From the NCBI GenBank assembly GCA_964187785.1, contig OZ076409.1, forward strand, positions 77,128,001-77,192,000: a stretch of DNA of 64,000 nucleotides. The letters run 5' to 3'. Of the stretch, positions 21,184 to 32,794 are shown in pieces (within the stretch, counting starts at the first letter, position 1; each line of letters opens with the position of its first letter). Source of the stretch: Amphiscolops sp. MND2022 (taxonomy: Eukaryota). Both the position numbers and the translations under genes were made by a program. Below the pieces are notes generated by a model. That model was not told the origin of the DNA and did no database searches. It was given only the letters and a program-made list of their open reading frames with translations.

Positions 21184-22719
21184 TTTTCTCACAATGTCGA
21201 GCTTGGGTTGTTCTAATATTTTCGATGGGGATCGAGACGCTCTCCTGGATTGAGGTGTTTATGTAGTGCAGTCAAGTCCGGTTAATTTGTGGAATTCGCA
21301 TGCATCTGAATCCCCATTTCGCGACGACCAAAGTAATATCACCCGATTAATTTGCATTTCTCATTATTCGTACTATTTTATTGTCCCTAGCGATACGAAT
21401 TAGACGGATTCAATTGTACTCAGGCTCATAACTCACTTGGTAGTTTTTTGCTGAATGCGATCTTTCCGTTAATTTAATGACGTCGCAAATGAATTTCAAT
21501 CAGCAGAACTTTGTGGAACTATTTCGGCCATTTCAAGGGTATTGAAACAAAACCGACGAAAAGCAACTACAGTATTGGTCTTGGGGCACAACTTGGGAAA
21601 CCTGCGACCAAGAGAAGATTTTTTTTAAATGCTCAAAATCACAATCGGGCAAATGCAAGATAGAACAAGTCGGAACGGCATAAGTCGGCGCCATATCTAA
21701 GGCTAGCAAAAGGACTTCAAAGTGTCAAGTATTTTACAGTACCTGTACCCAAAAGTTGGAGCGAATTGGCGCGCTAAAAGGGGGTGCCTTTCGGATTTTT
21801 CAACATCCATTGCTGTAAAACATCAAAAAATTAAAGGGGCCCTTTGGGATTTTTCAAAATTTTCCATTCTGTCGCCAAACATCAAAAAAATTGAAGCGGG
21901 GCCTTTTGAGGATTTTTTTTCGAAAAAAGTTCACAATACCGAAAAAACTGAAAGGGATTGTTCCTTTAGCTGAAAGCGAGTGCCTTTAGTCTCGCCCGGC
22001 ACTGTATGTTACGCGGAAAAACGAAAAACTTTTTTGGTTCAGTTCGCTAGGCCAAATGGTTCAATTTTCTAGAGAAATGCAACTCGATAAAGTGTTTGGG
22101 CGGAATTGTACTGTGGAGTTTTTCAAAAATGTAATGACGATTCAATGTCACTTTGGAATTTTTTGTAACTATATGGATAGTAATCGAACAGCCTATTACG
22201 AGTGCATAAGGAACCACCGGGGACAGAAATCTGACAGGACTGTGATAATAGAGCAACTGACATGACACTATGCAAGTACTATATACCAGGCAGCCTATAA
22301 ATTCAGAGGTATTTTTTGGGAATACTGAAAAATGTCCTGAAATTTTCTATGATCGGTCGTTCAAACTACGGTCGGAAAAAACTGGTAGTTGTTGGCAAGC
22401 TCGGACTTTTTTGGTGCTGAATCGAGTGCTACGATGCTTCTGTTGAAGTGTTGATATCAAAGATACGTGCACGATGTGATTCTCTTTAACCACTCATTCG
22501 ATCTTTCCGTACAAGGTCTGGTTCGGAGTTTGCAAAACTCATCTGCACTTCGCACTCAGGCTGCTTTCACAGCTCCGCTATCTTGTTGTTTTTGGCAAAT
22601 GAAATCTATGGTTTACAAACTTTTTTGAGCACACTAGCTGCGGTCACTTATTCAAAATAATATGGAATTTTTACAGACACTTCCCTTCATCTATGAACAG
22701 CATCTGTTGAAGGTCAATT

Positions 22720-24116
22720 GGAAAAAAAACTTGGAAAAACTCTTACGCGCTAACTTAAACAAACACGAAACAAGCCCAGAATCTATTCATCAAAGAAAAT
22801 GTTGAAATAGTTGATGGACATCATGTCCTCGGGTCGGTAATAGGATCAGAGTCTGCTTGTGAAAAATTCAGAAACCATAAACAAAGTGAATACAATCAGA
22901 TCGTAAAGAAGTTGTCGAAACACGCAAAAATTTCTCCCCAAAATGTATTTCGTTGCTTCACCAAATGTCTTCAAAACAAAGTAACTTTTCTCTGACGCAC
23001 GACTCCTAATTTCATAGAAAATCTCGAAGAAACGGAAAGAAAGATCAAGGAAAACCTGATCCCAGCAATAACCGGCAGAAGTGACATCACGGACGAGGAA
23101 CGTTCTCTTTTCTCCCTGCCTGTGAGGGATGGTGGACTTAACATAGTACATCCTGAAGACAGAGTAGAAGAATTGAACTGGTCGAGACAAATGGCAGCAT
23201 GTTTAGACGATGACGCGGAAGCTCAACAGTCTTCAATCGTGAAACAAGTTAGAAAAGAGAAATCTGCAAAAATCAAATGAAAGATATCAATCTTGAACAA
23301 AAAACTCGATGAAAATCAACGCTACGCACTAGATCTGTCAATCGAAAAAGGTTCATCTAGCTGGTTGTGCACGCTGCCACTCAAACGATATCATTTTGAT
23401 CTATCGAAAACAGAATTCCGCGACGGTTTGGCTTTGCGCTATGGGTGGGAACCACTAAAAACACCGTCATTGTGTCCCTGTGGAGAGTCTTTCAGTTTAT
23501 CACATTCCATTCAATGCAACAAAGGAGGGTACACCCAAATGCGACACAATGAAATTCGCAACATGTTCGCCTCCGTTATGAAAGAAGTCTGCTATGATGT
23601 CGAAATTGAGCCGAAACTTCAGCCTTTGGAAGGTGAGTCCTTCGTCCATAAAACAACGACAACTGAAGATGATGCCAGACTAGACATTAAAGCAAACGGA
23701 CTTTGGGATTCTCGTTTCTGTAGAATTTTTTCGACGTTAAGATTTTCAATCCGCTCGCTAGAACATGTCCCAAAAATATCAATGAGGCATATAAATTTCA
23801 CGAATCTCAGAAACTCAAATACGAGTCCAGAGATATAATTGTGGAAAAAAGCACCTTTAACCCTCTAGTCTTCGCATGTACAGGTGGCGCTGGACCATCA
23901 GCCACAAAAGTAATTACCCGACTAGCTGCTAAAATCAACGAAAAAGGTTCAGAAAGCTACGCCGACGCGATCAGCTACATTAGAACTAAGATAAGTTTTG
24001 CTCTTCTACGTAGTTCCTTCCTCTGTCTCAAAGGGTGCAGAGCGACACGCCGCCAACAAGCAATCGTAGAGTCATCTATCAGTGCTATAGTTCGCGAGGG
24101 AGGGCTGTCATAACTC
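22720..24116 (+). mobile_element. 5'-truncated CRE-like non-LTR retrotransposon (second family) in WDR26 intron 1
   Basis: LGSVIGS, LFSLPVRDGGL, SSWLCTLP, FRDGLALRYGW, CPCG...HSIQCNKGG...RHNEIR, EPKLQPLEGE, ARLDIKANGLW, FNPLVFACTGGAGP, IRTKISFALLRS; few stops/frameshifts. Confidence 0.9.
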
Positions 24117-24894
24117 TGACAATCCTTCGGGTGCTTCCCACAAAAAATGTAATTTTTGACGATCAATAAAATTTGAGATACATTGTCCTAATTTGTAAGT
24201 TACCCTCCACTTAGCGATGTTTTCCAAAATTATTTTATAGGACCGTTATTGACACTGTAAGGAGGCTCTGCAGCTTGCAGCGTACTGACACCCAAGCTCT
24301 TTTCACTGACACGCCCTCCATGTAATAAGGGCAAAAATAGTATCTCCTCTTACAACACCAAACCCCGGTTTCAGTACGCGCGGTCCTTCTTTGCTTTTTA
24401 AGTGTATCAAAAGTGTAAATTATTTGCTAAAGTACTCCGAATATTTTCTTCAAAGTATGTCAAGTGTATATTCCTCGGATATTTGATGTACTTACACAAA
24501 AACAAATTAATTACTCGAACAAGTGTGGCGAAATCTCTGCTGTGCAAAATCATCCCATTCTCTTGAAAGCTTTTGCGAGACAAAACAACCGAACTTGCAT
24601 GTCCTTTTAGAAAAGCTGACAATCTATTGAACCATGGAAAATGATCATTTGCTCAAACAATGGGAATTCTTGTGAGACTATAAAGCATATGCTTGTATCT
24701 GCTGACAAGAAAGGGCTTTAATGTGTTGGAGTTTGTCTAACGACGCAAATGGCCCATCTTCTAAAATCTATTTGATTTTATTTGATAATTGATACGATTT
24801 TGAGTTTCTTTTGTGAACTTTTTTCAACGGTGTTTGCTAAAGATGTTCGCTAAAATTTTTCGCGTGTGATTTTTATCTCGGAATATATAGTTTA

Positions 24895-25336
24895 AAACAA
24901 GCCTGGAACGGCATGAGTCGTCGCCATACCTAAGGCTCAAAAAAAGCACATGGACTTCAAAGTATCACGTATGCACTTCTACTGTACCCGAAAAACCCAA
25001 AAGTTGGACCGAACTGGCGCGCTAAAAGGGGGACTCTTTGGGATGTTTTAACATCCATTCTGTTGCAAAGTATCAAAAAAATTGAAGATGCCCTTTCGAG
25101 ACATTGAAAAATTTTCGAAAGCTTACAATGCCAAAAAAGCTGAAAGGGGACCCTTTAGTGTCGCCCGGTATTGTATGTTACGTTGAAAAAAGGAACAACT
25201 TTTATAGTTCAGTTCCCTGCGCCAAGTGGTCCAATTTGATACCTTAAAATTTCGTAGAACTTTGTAGAATTATTTTGGTCAGTTTGTGTTGATTGAAAAA
25301 AAGTCACTGGTATAGTTGTGAAGCGTCGGCTAAATG
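24895..25336 (-). mobile_element. HINE-like family A copy
   Basis: Carries the family A 3' module (AACAAGCC..GAACGGC..AGTCG.CGCCATA..TAAGGCTC) and a degenerate 5' TTTAG.CG.CGC end. Confidence 0.6.
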
Positions 25337-25466
25337 TTCGTACTGAAATCGTTCTATAGCGAAATAGTTTGTTGTCGGAATTCCTGCAGTAGCCGATTTC
25401 GATGACTTCTCCGTTTTACAAAAACCCATGAAGTTCTTCGACCTTGTATTCATTCATATTTTACAG

Positions 25467-25937
25467 CTGCTTCATCATCTGTTCGCAATGGCCATTCGGT
25501 TGAAGCGAAGACCAAGTTCTATACGAGTAGAGAGAAAGAGCTCATTCGTGTGATTGGTCAGTTCTTCTCAGAGGTGGGTCTTCCCGAAACTGCCAAGTGT
25601 CTGGTGCGGGAATCACAATGCAGACTTGAACACCCGGCGGCCACTAAGTTGAGACACCACGTGATCAATGGCAACTGGAGATCGGCAGAAGCTTGTTTGG
25701 ACGAGTTACAAAACACGTTGAACCACAATACACACCTCCAGAGAATGAGATACCTGCTGTACGAGCAGAAATACCTCGAGTTGTTGGATGACAGCAGAAT
25801 CGTTGATGCAATCAAGTGCCTCAGGAAAGATCTTGCAAAAATTCCTGGAAAGCAGAGCAGGTGTCACTATCTTGCTTCCCTCGCAATGTATACCTCCAAA
25901 GAGGATCTCAGAAAGTACGCCACGTGGCCAGGCAAAG
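25467..25937 (+). CDS. WDR26: WDR26 exon 2 (LisH + CTLH)
   Basis: TTTTACAG acceptor; ELIRVIGQFFSEVGL...ESQCRLEHPAATKLRHHVINGNW...MRYLLYEQKYLELL matches vertebrate WDR26 VIRLIGQHL...[23 protein letters not shown]; donor G|GTAAAA. Confidence 0.95.
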
Positions 25938-26311
25938 GTAAAACTTTGTTGAAAAAGTTACCTAACAGTTAGAAGTTAAACGAATTTATCGAAAACCGTT
26001 GTCGAACAGAAGGCTTATCTTATCGTAAGCTAATATTTGTTCATGCTGTAATGATACTTTGCGTCACAAACTAAGGAATTTTCGGGGACGGTAATTTAAA
26101 AGAATGTGCAGGTATCTAAATCTCTTTCCGGTGAATTGTGATGTTGTTTTTCAGGTTTTTATCTCATTAGCTCACTTTTCGCGTCTATCTAAACATTTAA
26201 ATGCATCGTGTCGTTGACTCTCATGAAAATGTACTAGTTTTAAATGCTGTATCTGTTGATTCCACTCGGAATTATTTAGTAATGCGTTACATGTGAAGTA
26301 ATTTTTTCTAG

Positions 26312-26567
26312 GTCATCAGTCACGGTTGCTTCTGATGGATAAAATCAACAACCTGTTTCCTCCCAGCATAATGTTACCGAGGGACCGATTGAGGAAGTTG
26401 GTAGACCAGTCTTTGCATTACCAAATCAGCACATGCACTTATCATGTCGTCTCAAACGAAACTTCATCGCAAGCATCTTCTCCGTCCTCTCACGGGCAGC
26501 AACAGGCACCCTCAGAAAGACACCAGCAGCAGACCACCCAATCCTTATCTCTTCTGACCGATCACAA
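26312..26567 (+). CDS. WDR26: WDR26 exon 3
   Basis: TTTCTAG acceptor; GHQSRLLLMDKINNLFPPSIMLPRDRL...SLLTDH; donor AA|GTTGGT (phase 2). Confidence 0.93.
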
Positions 26568-27250
26568 GTTGGTATACTCTTCGCTCGTTCTAACATAGCA
26601 CTGTGCATCCAAGGTTATGTACAACCCTGGACGTATTGGGGTAGTTTCAAAAAAGGTTTTCGAGGCTTTGCAACGCAGGCTTATTCATGCGAGAATGAAT
26701 TTATATGTTGGGATATTCAGTGGTTTATAATTTTAGTTAACTATCTTAACTATCAAAAGTTGATGAAATACTTACTGTGCCAAATGTGGGGTGGCATATA
26801 TTTGTGTTTGAGTCAGTGGATTTGACTAATATACCTTAAAACATGAATTTCAAGGGTTTTCAGTGAATTCCTCGAAACTTAGAAATGTAATCGGCAAATA
26901 TATATTACGCATCTCGAGTAACTGATGTTCTTTGTCTAAGAAAACGTGTTATTAAAATTATTATCATTACAGGTTTCTTTGAAATGCTGACAAAAGATTT
27001 AACTGCACAGTTGAACGAAAAGTAACATTTTCAAAGTGGACCCGAGACGACACCTTTAGTTGTCAATTTTATGGGGTCCTGGCCTTAGTCACCGAGATTG
27101 AATTTTGTGAAGAGACAATTGAAGTTTATTAAAAATCATTTTGGAGGAAAAAATCAGTTTAGCCTAGAAAAATTCGTACTTGCCGTGGGTAAAATCGACT
27201 CAGAATACTCGTTTTTCCGAGAATTCTAGCGTAACTTCGAACAATTTCAG

Positions 27251-27475
27251 GTGCTCAAAACATCAATTTCCTTGCCGCATGAAGCAAACGATCGTGGACT
27301 ACGAAGAATACCTGTTCTGCAAATTCAATCACAAGGGCAATACTCTGGCGGCCGGTGGTAACTCTGGTCTGATTAGTCTCTTCACAGTAACAGAACAACA
27401 TCAGCTCAAGGCTTACGACACAAAACTCGACCACGAGTCAGCTGTCGGTTTCTTTTCCTGGTCCCCCGATGACAG
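27251..27475 (+). CDS. WDR26: WDR26 exon 4 (first WD40 repeats)
   Basis: TTTCAG acceptor; CSKHQFPC...LFCKFNHKGNTLAAG...FFSWSPDD; donor AG|GTACGA. Confidence 0.93.
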
Positions 27476-27998
27476 GTACGAAACGCTCTGGAAAAGTAAT
27501 CAAAAATACTTATTCAATATGCACTCCGACTTGAAAAGTCATCTTTAGCTTTGTGTCTCGTTGTTGGGTCTCAGCGTTAATTTCATGGAAAAGTTGTTTA
27601 TATATTATCTGCTCGGAAAAATGGCGTTCATTATAAGGTCAGACGTTGAGCTCATTAATTGGACGCTGAAACGCATTCAAATTTGTTGTATCTACTCAAA
27701 GCATGTTTCAAGTAATACTGTCATCTGAAGGACACTAAAGTCATGTCCATGAAATTACTTTTGTGACTATTGGTCGAAGTATCTCTCGAGGAATGTGTGT
27801 TTCGGTTGGATAAATCTCGTTTCCTTGATCTGATGGCTGAAAAATTTTGGAACATGATGAATTTTCAAAATTCTAATAACTGCTAACTCTAATAATTTTC
27901 GGATTGTGCGCTGATCTTGAGATAGACGCCCAATTGGCAAGCGGAAGAATGATCAAAAGTTTTAAAATTTTCCTGCGTGATATGTTGGTTTGTTTCAG

Positions 27999-28159
27999 GT
28001 ATCTGTTAAGTTGTGGTGCTCGCATCGCTTCGTCGGTGATAGTATGGAACACACTGACCCTCGACAAACTCGTTAGGGTAAGCAATGCCCCTGACGACAG
28101 TCTCACCACTTGTTGCTGGCTGCCCGACTCCTCACATTTTGCAGTGGCCGGCATACAAG
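27999..28159 (+). CDS. WDR26: WDR26 exon 5
   Basis: GTTTCAG acceptor; RYLLSCG...VIVWN...DDSLTTCCWLPDSSHFAVAG; donor G|GTATCC. Confidence 0.93.
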
Positions 28160-28259
28160 GTATCCACTAATCAGTCTAACTCCTGATTACATTCCTTCTT
28201 CAACCCCTCCCTTTTCGAAATAAGTTCTGGGTAATGAAACAAATCCAATAGCTTCACCC

Positions 28260-28542
28260 GATAGTTTTGACATCGCTAATTTTTTTCGCTGAACCGCTAA
28301 TTTCAAAATCGCTATTTCGCTGAAAAACTTTTTTTCAAACTATTAAACGTTGAAGTATAAACTATAACTTGATTCACTTTTTGCGAGAAAAAGCTAACAT
28401 TTTTTATACTGCGTGTTTTACAAATGAAGAGTTGGAATTTTCGGAATTCTTTTTGAAATTCCGTGTATTCGAGGAAATTTAAATTTGGGCAATCAATCTA
28501 TTAGTTGCCGCTAAATCGCTGATTAGCTGTGTCAAAACTCTG
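28260..28542. mobile_element. 283-bp hAT-type MITE in WDR26 intron 5
   Basis: 8-bp TSD CTTCACCC (28252-28259, 28543-28550); TIRs GATAGTTTTGACATCGCTAAT / CAGAGTTTTGACACAGCTAAT. Confidence 0.8.
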
Positions 28543-28885
28543 CTTCACCCTGAGTAAAGATTCAAAAGATATTCTTAAAATTTTGACATTATGGTAACTC
28601 CGAGATAAGATTTTCGATTCGAAATGACTTATTAGAAGCTCCTGGTATATACATATTTCTATCTATTTCTCGGTGTTCCATGATCAATCTCGAAACCTTG
28701 GGACTGAGTGAACCTTTAACGTTTAATTTGAAATAGGTGCAATGCCATGAGATACGCTTCTGACAAAATATAACCTATAACATCATCGCCTTACCTGCAA
28801 ATATCGATTTTCCACCAACTTTTGATTGCATTACGTAAATAACTACTGACAATTTTTCTTCTGAGGTTGAAGTGTTTTGGTTTAG

Positions 28886-29133
28886 GTCATTTCTACTTGT
28901 GTGACCTGTACGGCAATGTTGGGTGCTCTTGGGAGGGAATTCGAGTGATAGCTCTGGCCGGGTTGCATAGAGAGAGCACAGTGCTGGCAGCTGACAACCA
29001 CAATAGGGTGCGCTCTTACACATCAGAGAAAGATGCTACTTTAATTCAAAGTGACAAGCCAATCATGTCCATGGAAGTTTCCAAGTGTGACCAATTCCTC
29101 TTATGTACCATGGAAAAAGGCGGGGGACTTCAA
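28886..29133 (+). CDS. WDR26: WDR26 exon 6
   Basis: TTTAG acceptor; GHFYLCDLYGNVGCSWEGIRV...TVLAADNHNRVRSY...KPIMSM; donor CAA|GTTAGT. Confidence 0.93.
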
Positions 29134-29176
29134 GTTAGTATTATCAAGTCTCGAAGAACTAGTCTGCATAAAAACC

Positions 29177-29978
29177 AACAAGCCGGGAACGGCCCAAGTC
29201 GGCGCCATATCTAAGGCTCAAAAATAGCAAAAGGACTTCAAAATATCAAAGTATTGGTGAATTGGGGACCCTTTCATGAAAAAAAATTGAAAAAGTCTCA
29301 CAATACCGAAAAAATTGAAAGGGGACCCTTTGAGATTTTTCAACATCCATTCTGTCGAAAAATATCAAAAAATTGAAGGGGGGCCCTTTAGTGAAAAATT
29401 TCGAAAAAAGTCTCACAGAGCCGAAAATACTCTAATGGAGTACCCTTTGGCCCCGTTGAGTTTCTTAGATTCGTAAGCTTAGTAAGAATTGTAAAAATTT
29501 GAAAGGGGGATCCTTTGAAGACAAAAAATTTCGATTTTTTTTAAATTTTCGAAACAAAACGAAAAATGAGAATTTTGAACAGTCTCATAGTGCCGAAATA
29601 CATAAAAGGGGAGACCCTTTGGGCTTTTTGGCACTTTAATTTGCTGCAAAATATCAAAAAAACTTGAAGGTTTAAAAAAATCGAAAAAAAGTCGCAGAGC
29701 GCCGAAAAAAATTGCTCGAAAAAGTTTCTGGCTAAAGCAAGGACTAGAACGCGTAACCGCTGGGTTCACCGTAAACCGAGTAAAGCCTGTACCGACGAGT
29801 ACACGTGAACGAGTGAAGTCTGTAAAAAGTGGTACATACACGATGAGGTTTGTGGTCTGACGAAAAAAAACTAGTCACTGTAATAGTCGGGTTCTTTTCA
29901 CTGGAAAAGCGCCGACCAAAAACTACCCACTGTAATAGTCGGGCTTTTTGCCTTAAAGGAAAAGGCGCCGACTAAAAA
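29177..29978 (-). mobile_element. HINE-like family A copy (full length) in WDR26 intron 6
   Basis: 5' TTTTTAGTCGGCGCC plus inner CCCGACT palindrome; 3' GGCGCCGACT sub-TIR followed by a GCCG..CGGC hairpin and TTGTT. Confidence 0.75.
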
Positions 29979-30712
29979 GATGAGGTAACTCGAAGTGTTT
30001 AAGTTTTCCTAATTAAAGAGCGAATACTTCAAATTATCCACGCATGCTTTAATGAATTATTCAATAATTTGATTGAATAAAATTCTACAATATCGCCATA
30101 TCCTTACTTTTGCATTAATTAGAGTGTCCGTGTAAGCTGTCAAGTTCTCTAGTTTCCAATGCTTTATTCCGAACAATTCAGGTTTTTCGAGTACTTCGAA
30201 CTTTTGAGCTATGTAATGAGAAACTTATAAAAAGTGCCCGACTCTACATAGGCAAGCTTTTTTTCGTCAGACCACAGACCTCACACTAAATATTCTACTC
30301 ACGACAGACTTTATACCTAAATTCTAGAGGGTACCCATGGCTGAAAGATACTCTTTGAGTTTTTCCGAATTTACCGTATCGTCGAAGCTAAAGACATTTC
30401 GTTGAAAAGACAGTTTTTTCGGTATTGTGCGACTTTTTTCGTCAACATTTCTCTGTTTTAATTTTCAATGAAAAGCGTTTTTCCGCGCACCAAAGGCTCC
30501 ATGTTGGTTTTTCGGTTCTTGATACGTTCCTTGCTTGTTTTCTCAGTTCCCTCATTGTTGTTCTTCAAACCAGTGTTTGTCAAGTTTCTAGACACTTTCT
30601 GTTCAATCAACAGTGTAGAGTTTGGCCTTTTCACTAATTTTTACCGCAAATTGAACTATTTTTTTCCAAACTTGATATTTTCCTTCATGAAAATTAGTTT
30701 TCAACTATTATT

Positions 30713-31230
30713 ATTATTTCTGCGATAGCAGGAATATTAGTGAAACCTCAAGATGTCTACTTTTTTCTGTAAAATTCTTCGCATGATACTGAATAATTCA
30801 GATATTTTGTTCGGCAGTGACTATAAGCATGAGAATTAAATTTCTCAAGCTGCCGACGACATTTCAATTCTCGTGCGATGGAACGAGCGAGTGATAAATA
30901 TGCATTCGTACGCTAACGTCATTGAGATGAAGCGAGCGAATATTCGTAATTATGCTTTCGTGCGCCGAGTTATTTTAGATGAAGCGAGTGAGTGTTTATT
31001 ATTCGTTCGCGGAGAGCTTCGCCTGCATTCAAATGTGAATGCAAAACTTCGTCTACGCTCAGTAGTTATATTTGCTTTAGCCCGGGCGGTATAAACTGGT
31101 ACAGTGACCAATTGTGCGCTAAATAGTGATTGAACAGGATGGTATTGGTATTCCAGATATGATTCTATTATTAATGTAATGAAAGATTGAAGCAGAAATA
31201 ATGTGTGCACCGGGGGGGGGGGGCTATTTT
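30713..31230 (+). mobile_element. HINE/DINE-1-like family B copy 2 in WDR26 intron 6
   Basis: 5' palindrome ATTTCTGC-GATA-GCAGGAAT; sub-TIRs ATTATTTCTGC (30713-30723) / GCAGAAATAAT (31192-31202); G-rich 3' hairpin remnant, then T-run. Confidence 0.75.
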
Positions 31231-31325
31231 ATTTCGAATCGGTTTCGACTACAGTTTTCCTTTAATTATGGCGACAAGATGTAACGCCACAATTATTTCT
31301 TACTTTCAAATGTATTTCGTTTCAG

Positions 31326-31520
31326 TTGTTCCATTTGGAGTCAGGCACTCTGCTGATGAGGTTTGCAGGGTTGAAGCAAGAGAAGGACTTCATCTTCTCG
31401 TGTATGGGAGGCAGTGCCGACGACAACTTCATAGCCAGTGGCAGTGAAGACAGATGTGTATACATCTGGCACAAAAACAAACCACTCCCCATCGCGGTGC
31501 TCTCTGGACACACCAAACAA
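31326..31520 (+). CDS. WDR26: WDR26 exon 7
   Basis: TTTCAG acceptor; ...SCMGGSADDNFIASGSEDRCVYIWHK...LSGHTKQ; donor CAA|GTACAC. Confidence 0.95.
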
Positions 31521-31799
31521 GTACACCTGTCATCATTCTATTATGACTATTATTCAACGAAATTGAAACTTTGATATAACCACTGTCGGTGCTTATGGAA
31601 TCTCTAGCAATAAAGCTCTAGCATCTAACGAATCGTTGTCAATGTAAAGGCAGTGCTAGACCTATTTTGGAGGATTAGAGAAAAAATATTGTTTGGGATT
31701 TTGTACGAACATCAATAGTTATTTTAGTTTTTGTGTTGGATGTTCCTTTTTTCTGGAAAGTTTACTTATTTTTGCCGTTTTATGTAATTCCCTTCCTAG

Positions 31800-32294
31800 G
31801 TGAACAGCGTTGATTGGAATCCGGCCATCAATTCCATGCTCGTGTCAGTTTCTGACGACTGCACTATCAAAGTGTGGGGTCCGGCCAGTGAGGCAGAAGA
31901 TGCAACAGACTATAACACTGGTGCTGAGAACAACGATGACGCAACGACGGAGATCATGAATTGCATCTTCCAGACAGATTCGAACAGCAACCAAACGTCC
32001 TCAGTCAGAGCTCTACTAGCCGGGGGCCTCAACAATGGAGTGACGCCAGCAACCGCTCTCAACAGTGCAAACCTGGAGAACTTGTTGAACCAGTCTGCGG
32101 CTGTACCCTGGTACTTGTTGGAACTGGGAGCTCCATCTGGCGGAAGTGGGTCGGGGGGTAACGGTGATCAGAACACTGAGGGGGGTTCTGGCTCAGGTGG
32201 TAATGCCGGAAGAACTGGCTCATCCGCTGCTGCTGCCGAAGGAGCACTCAATCAGGCCTCTGCTTATTCCTCTTCTTCCATCGGCTGGTTGTAG
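31800..32294 (+). CDS. WDR26: WDR26 exon 8 (last WD40 repeat + ~135-aa low-complexity tail)
   Basis: CCTAG acceptor; VNSVDWNP...MLVSVSDDCTIKVWGPA, then stop TAG. The summed exons give 2172 nt = 723 aa + stop. AATAAA near 32500. Confidence 0.93.
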   Translation: MNSVDWNPAINSMLVSVSDDCTIKVWGPASEAEDATDYNTGAENNDDATTEIMNCIFQTDSNSNQTSSVRALLAGGLNNGVTPATALNSANLENLLNQSAAVPWYLLELGAPSGGSGSGGNGDQNTEGGSGSGGNAGRTGSSAAAAEGALNQASAYSSSSIGWL

Positions 32295-32794
32295 AAGCTG
32301 TACTGTTTCTCTTGGTTTTTGTTGTCGTTGTTCTTTTCAACGTTTTAACCATTGAATCTATCAAGCACTTTCCAATTACAGTTTGACTAGACTATTACTA
32401 GATTAGTTTGTCCATGGTTCTCCATTAGCTAGATAGCGAGACCCACCACCATGTTCTTTTCATTTGTTTTTTAAACAAAATATAATATTGAAATTGATCG
32501 AATAAACAAGTCCTCATGTGCTTTTAAACACGAACTTTTCATACACATGTACTTTGTGGCCCATAACTGCTGGTGTGTATAGATAGTATAAAACTGTAAT
32601 ACTTTTAGTTCAATTCAAATTAAATAATTACTCATTCTTCGGTTTTATCTTTCTTTTGTAGTTGAAGCGAAGTCTTGCGATGTAAATTTTCACTACTATT
32701 GACGATTTGTTGTGCGATTTGTTCATACATGCAACATAATTTTTTTTGAAACCATATTCAACGCTTACTCAAGTGACGTCCTCTTGGGATAGGA

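Larger units (their letters stand above)
20535..21210 (+). repeat. Tandem array of ~256-bp units (about 2.6 copies), each containing a tRNA-like sequence
   Basis: tRNA-like starts at 20590, 20846 and 21103 (periods 256 and 257); units nearly identical; lies in WDR26 intron 1, sense strand. Confidence 0.95.

Noticed and set aside
20535-21210. Regularly spaced repeats as a CRISPR-like array
   Set aside because: Whole 256-bp units are duplicated with no unique spacers, there are no cas genes, and the context is a eukaryotic intron.
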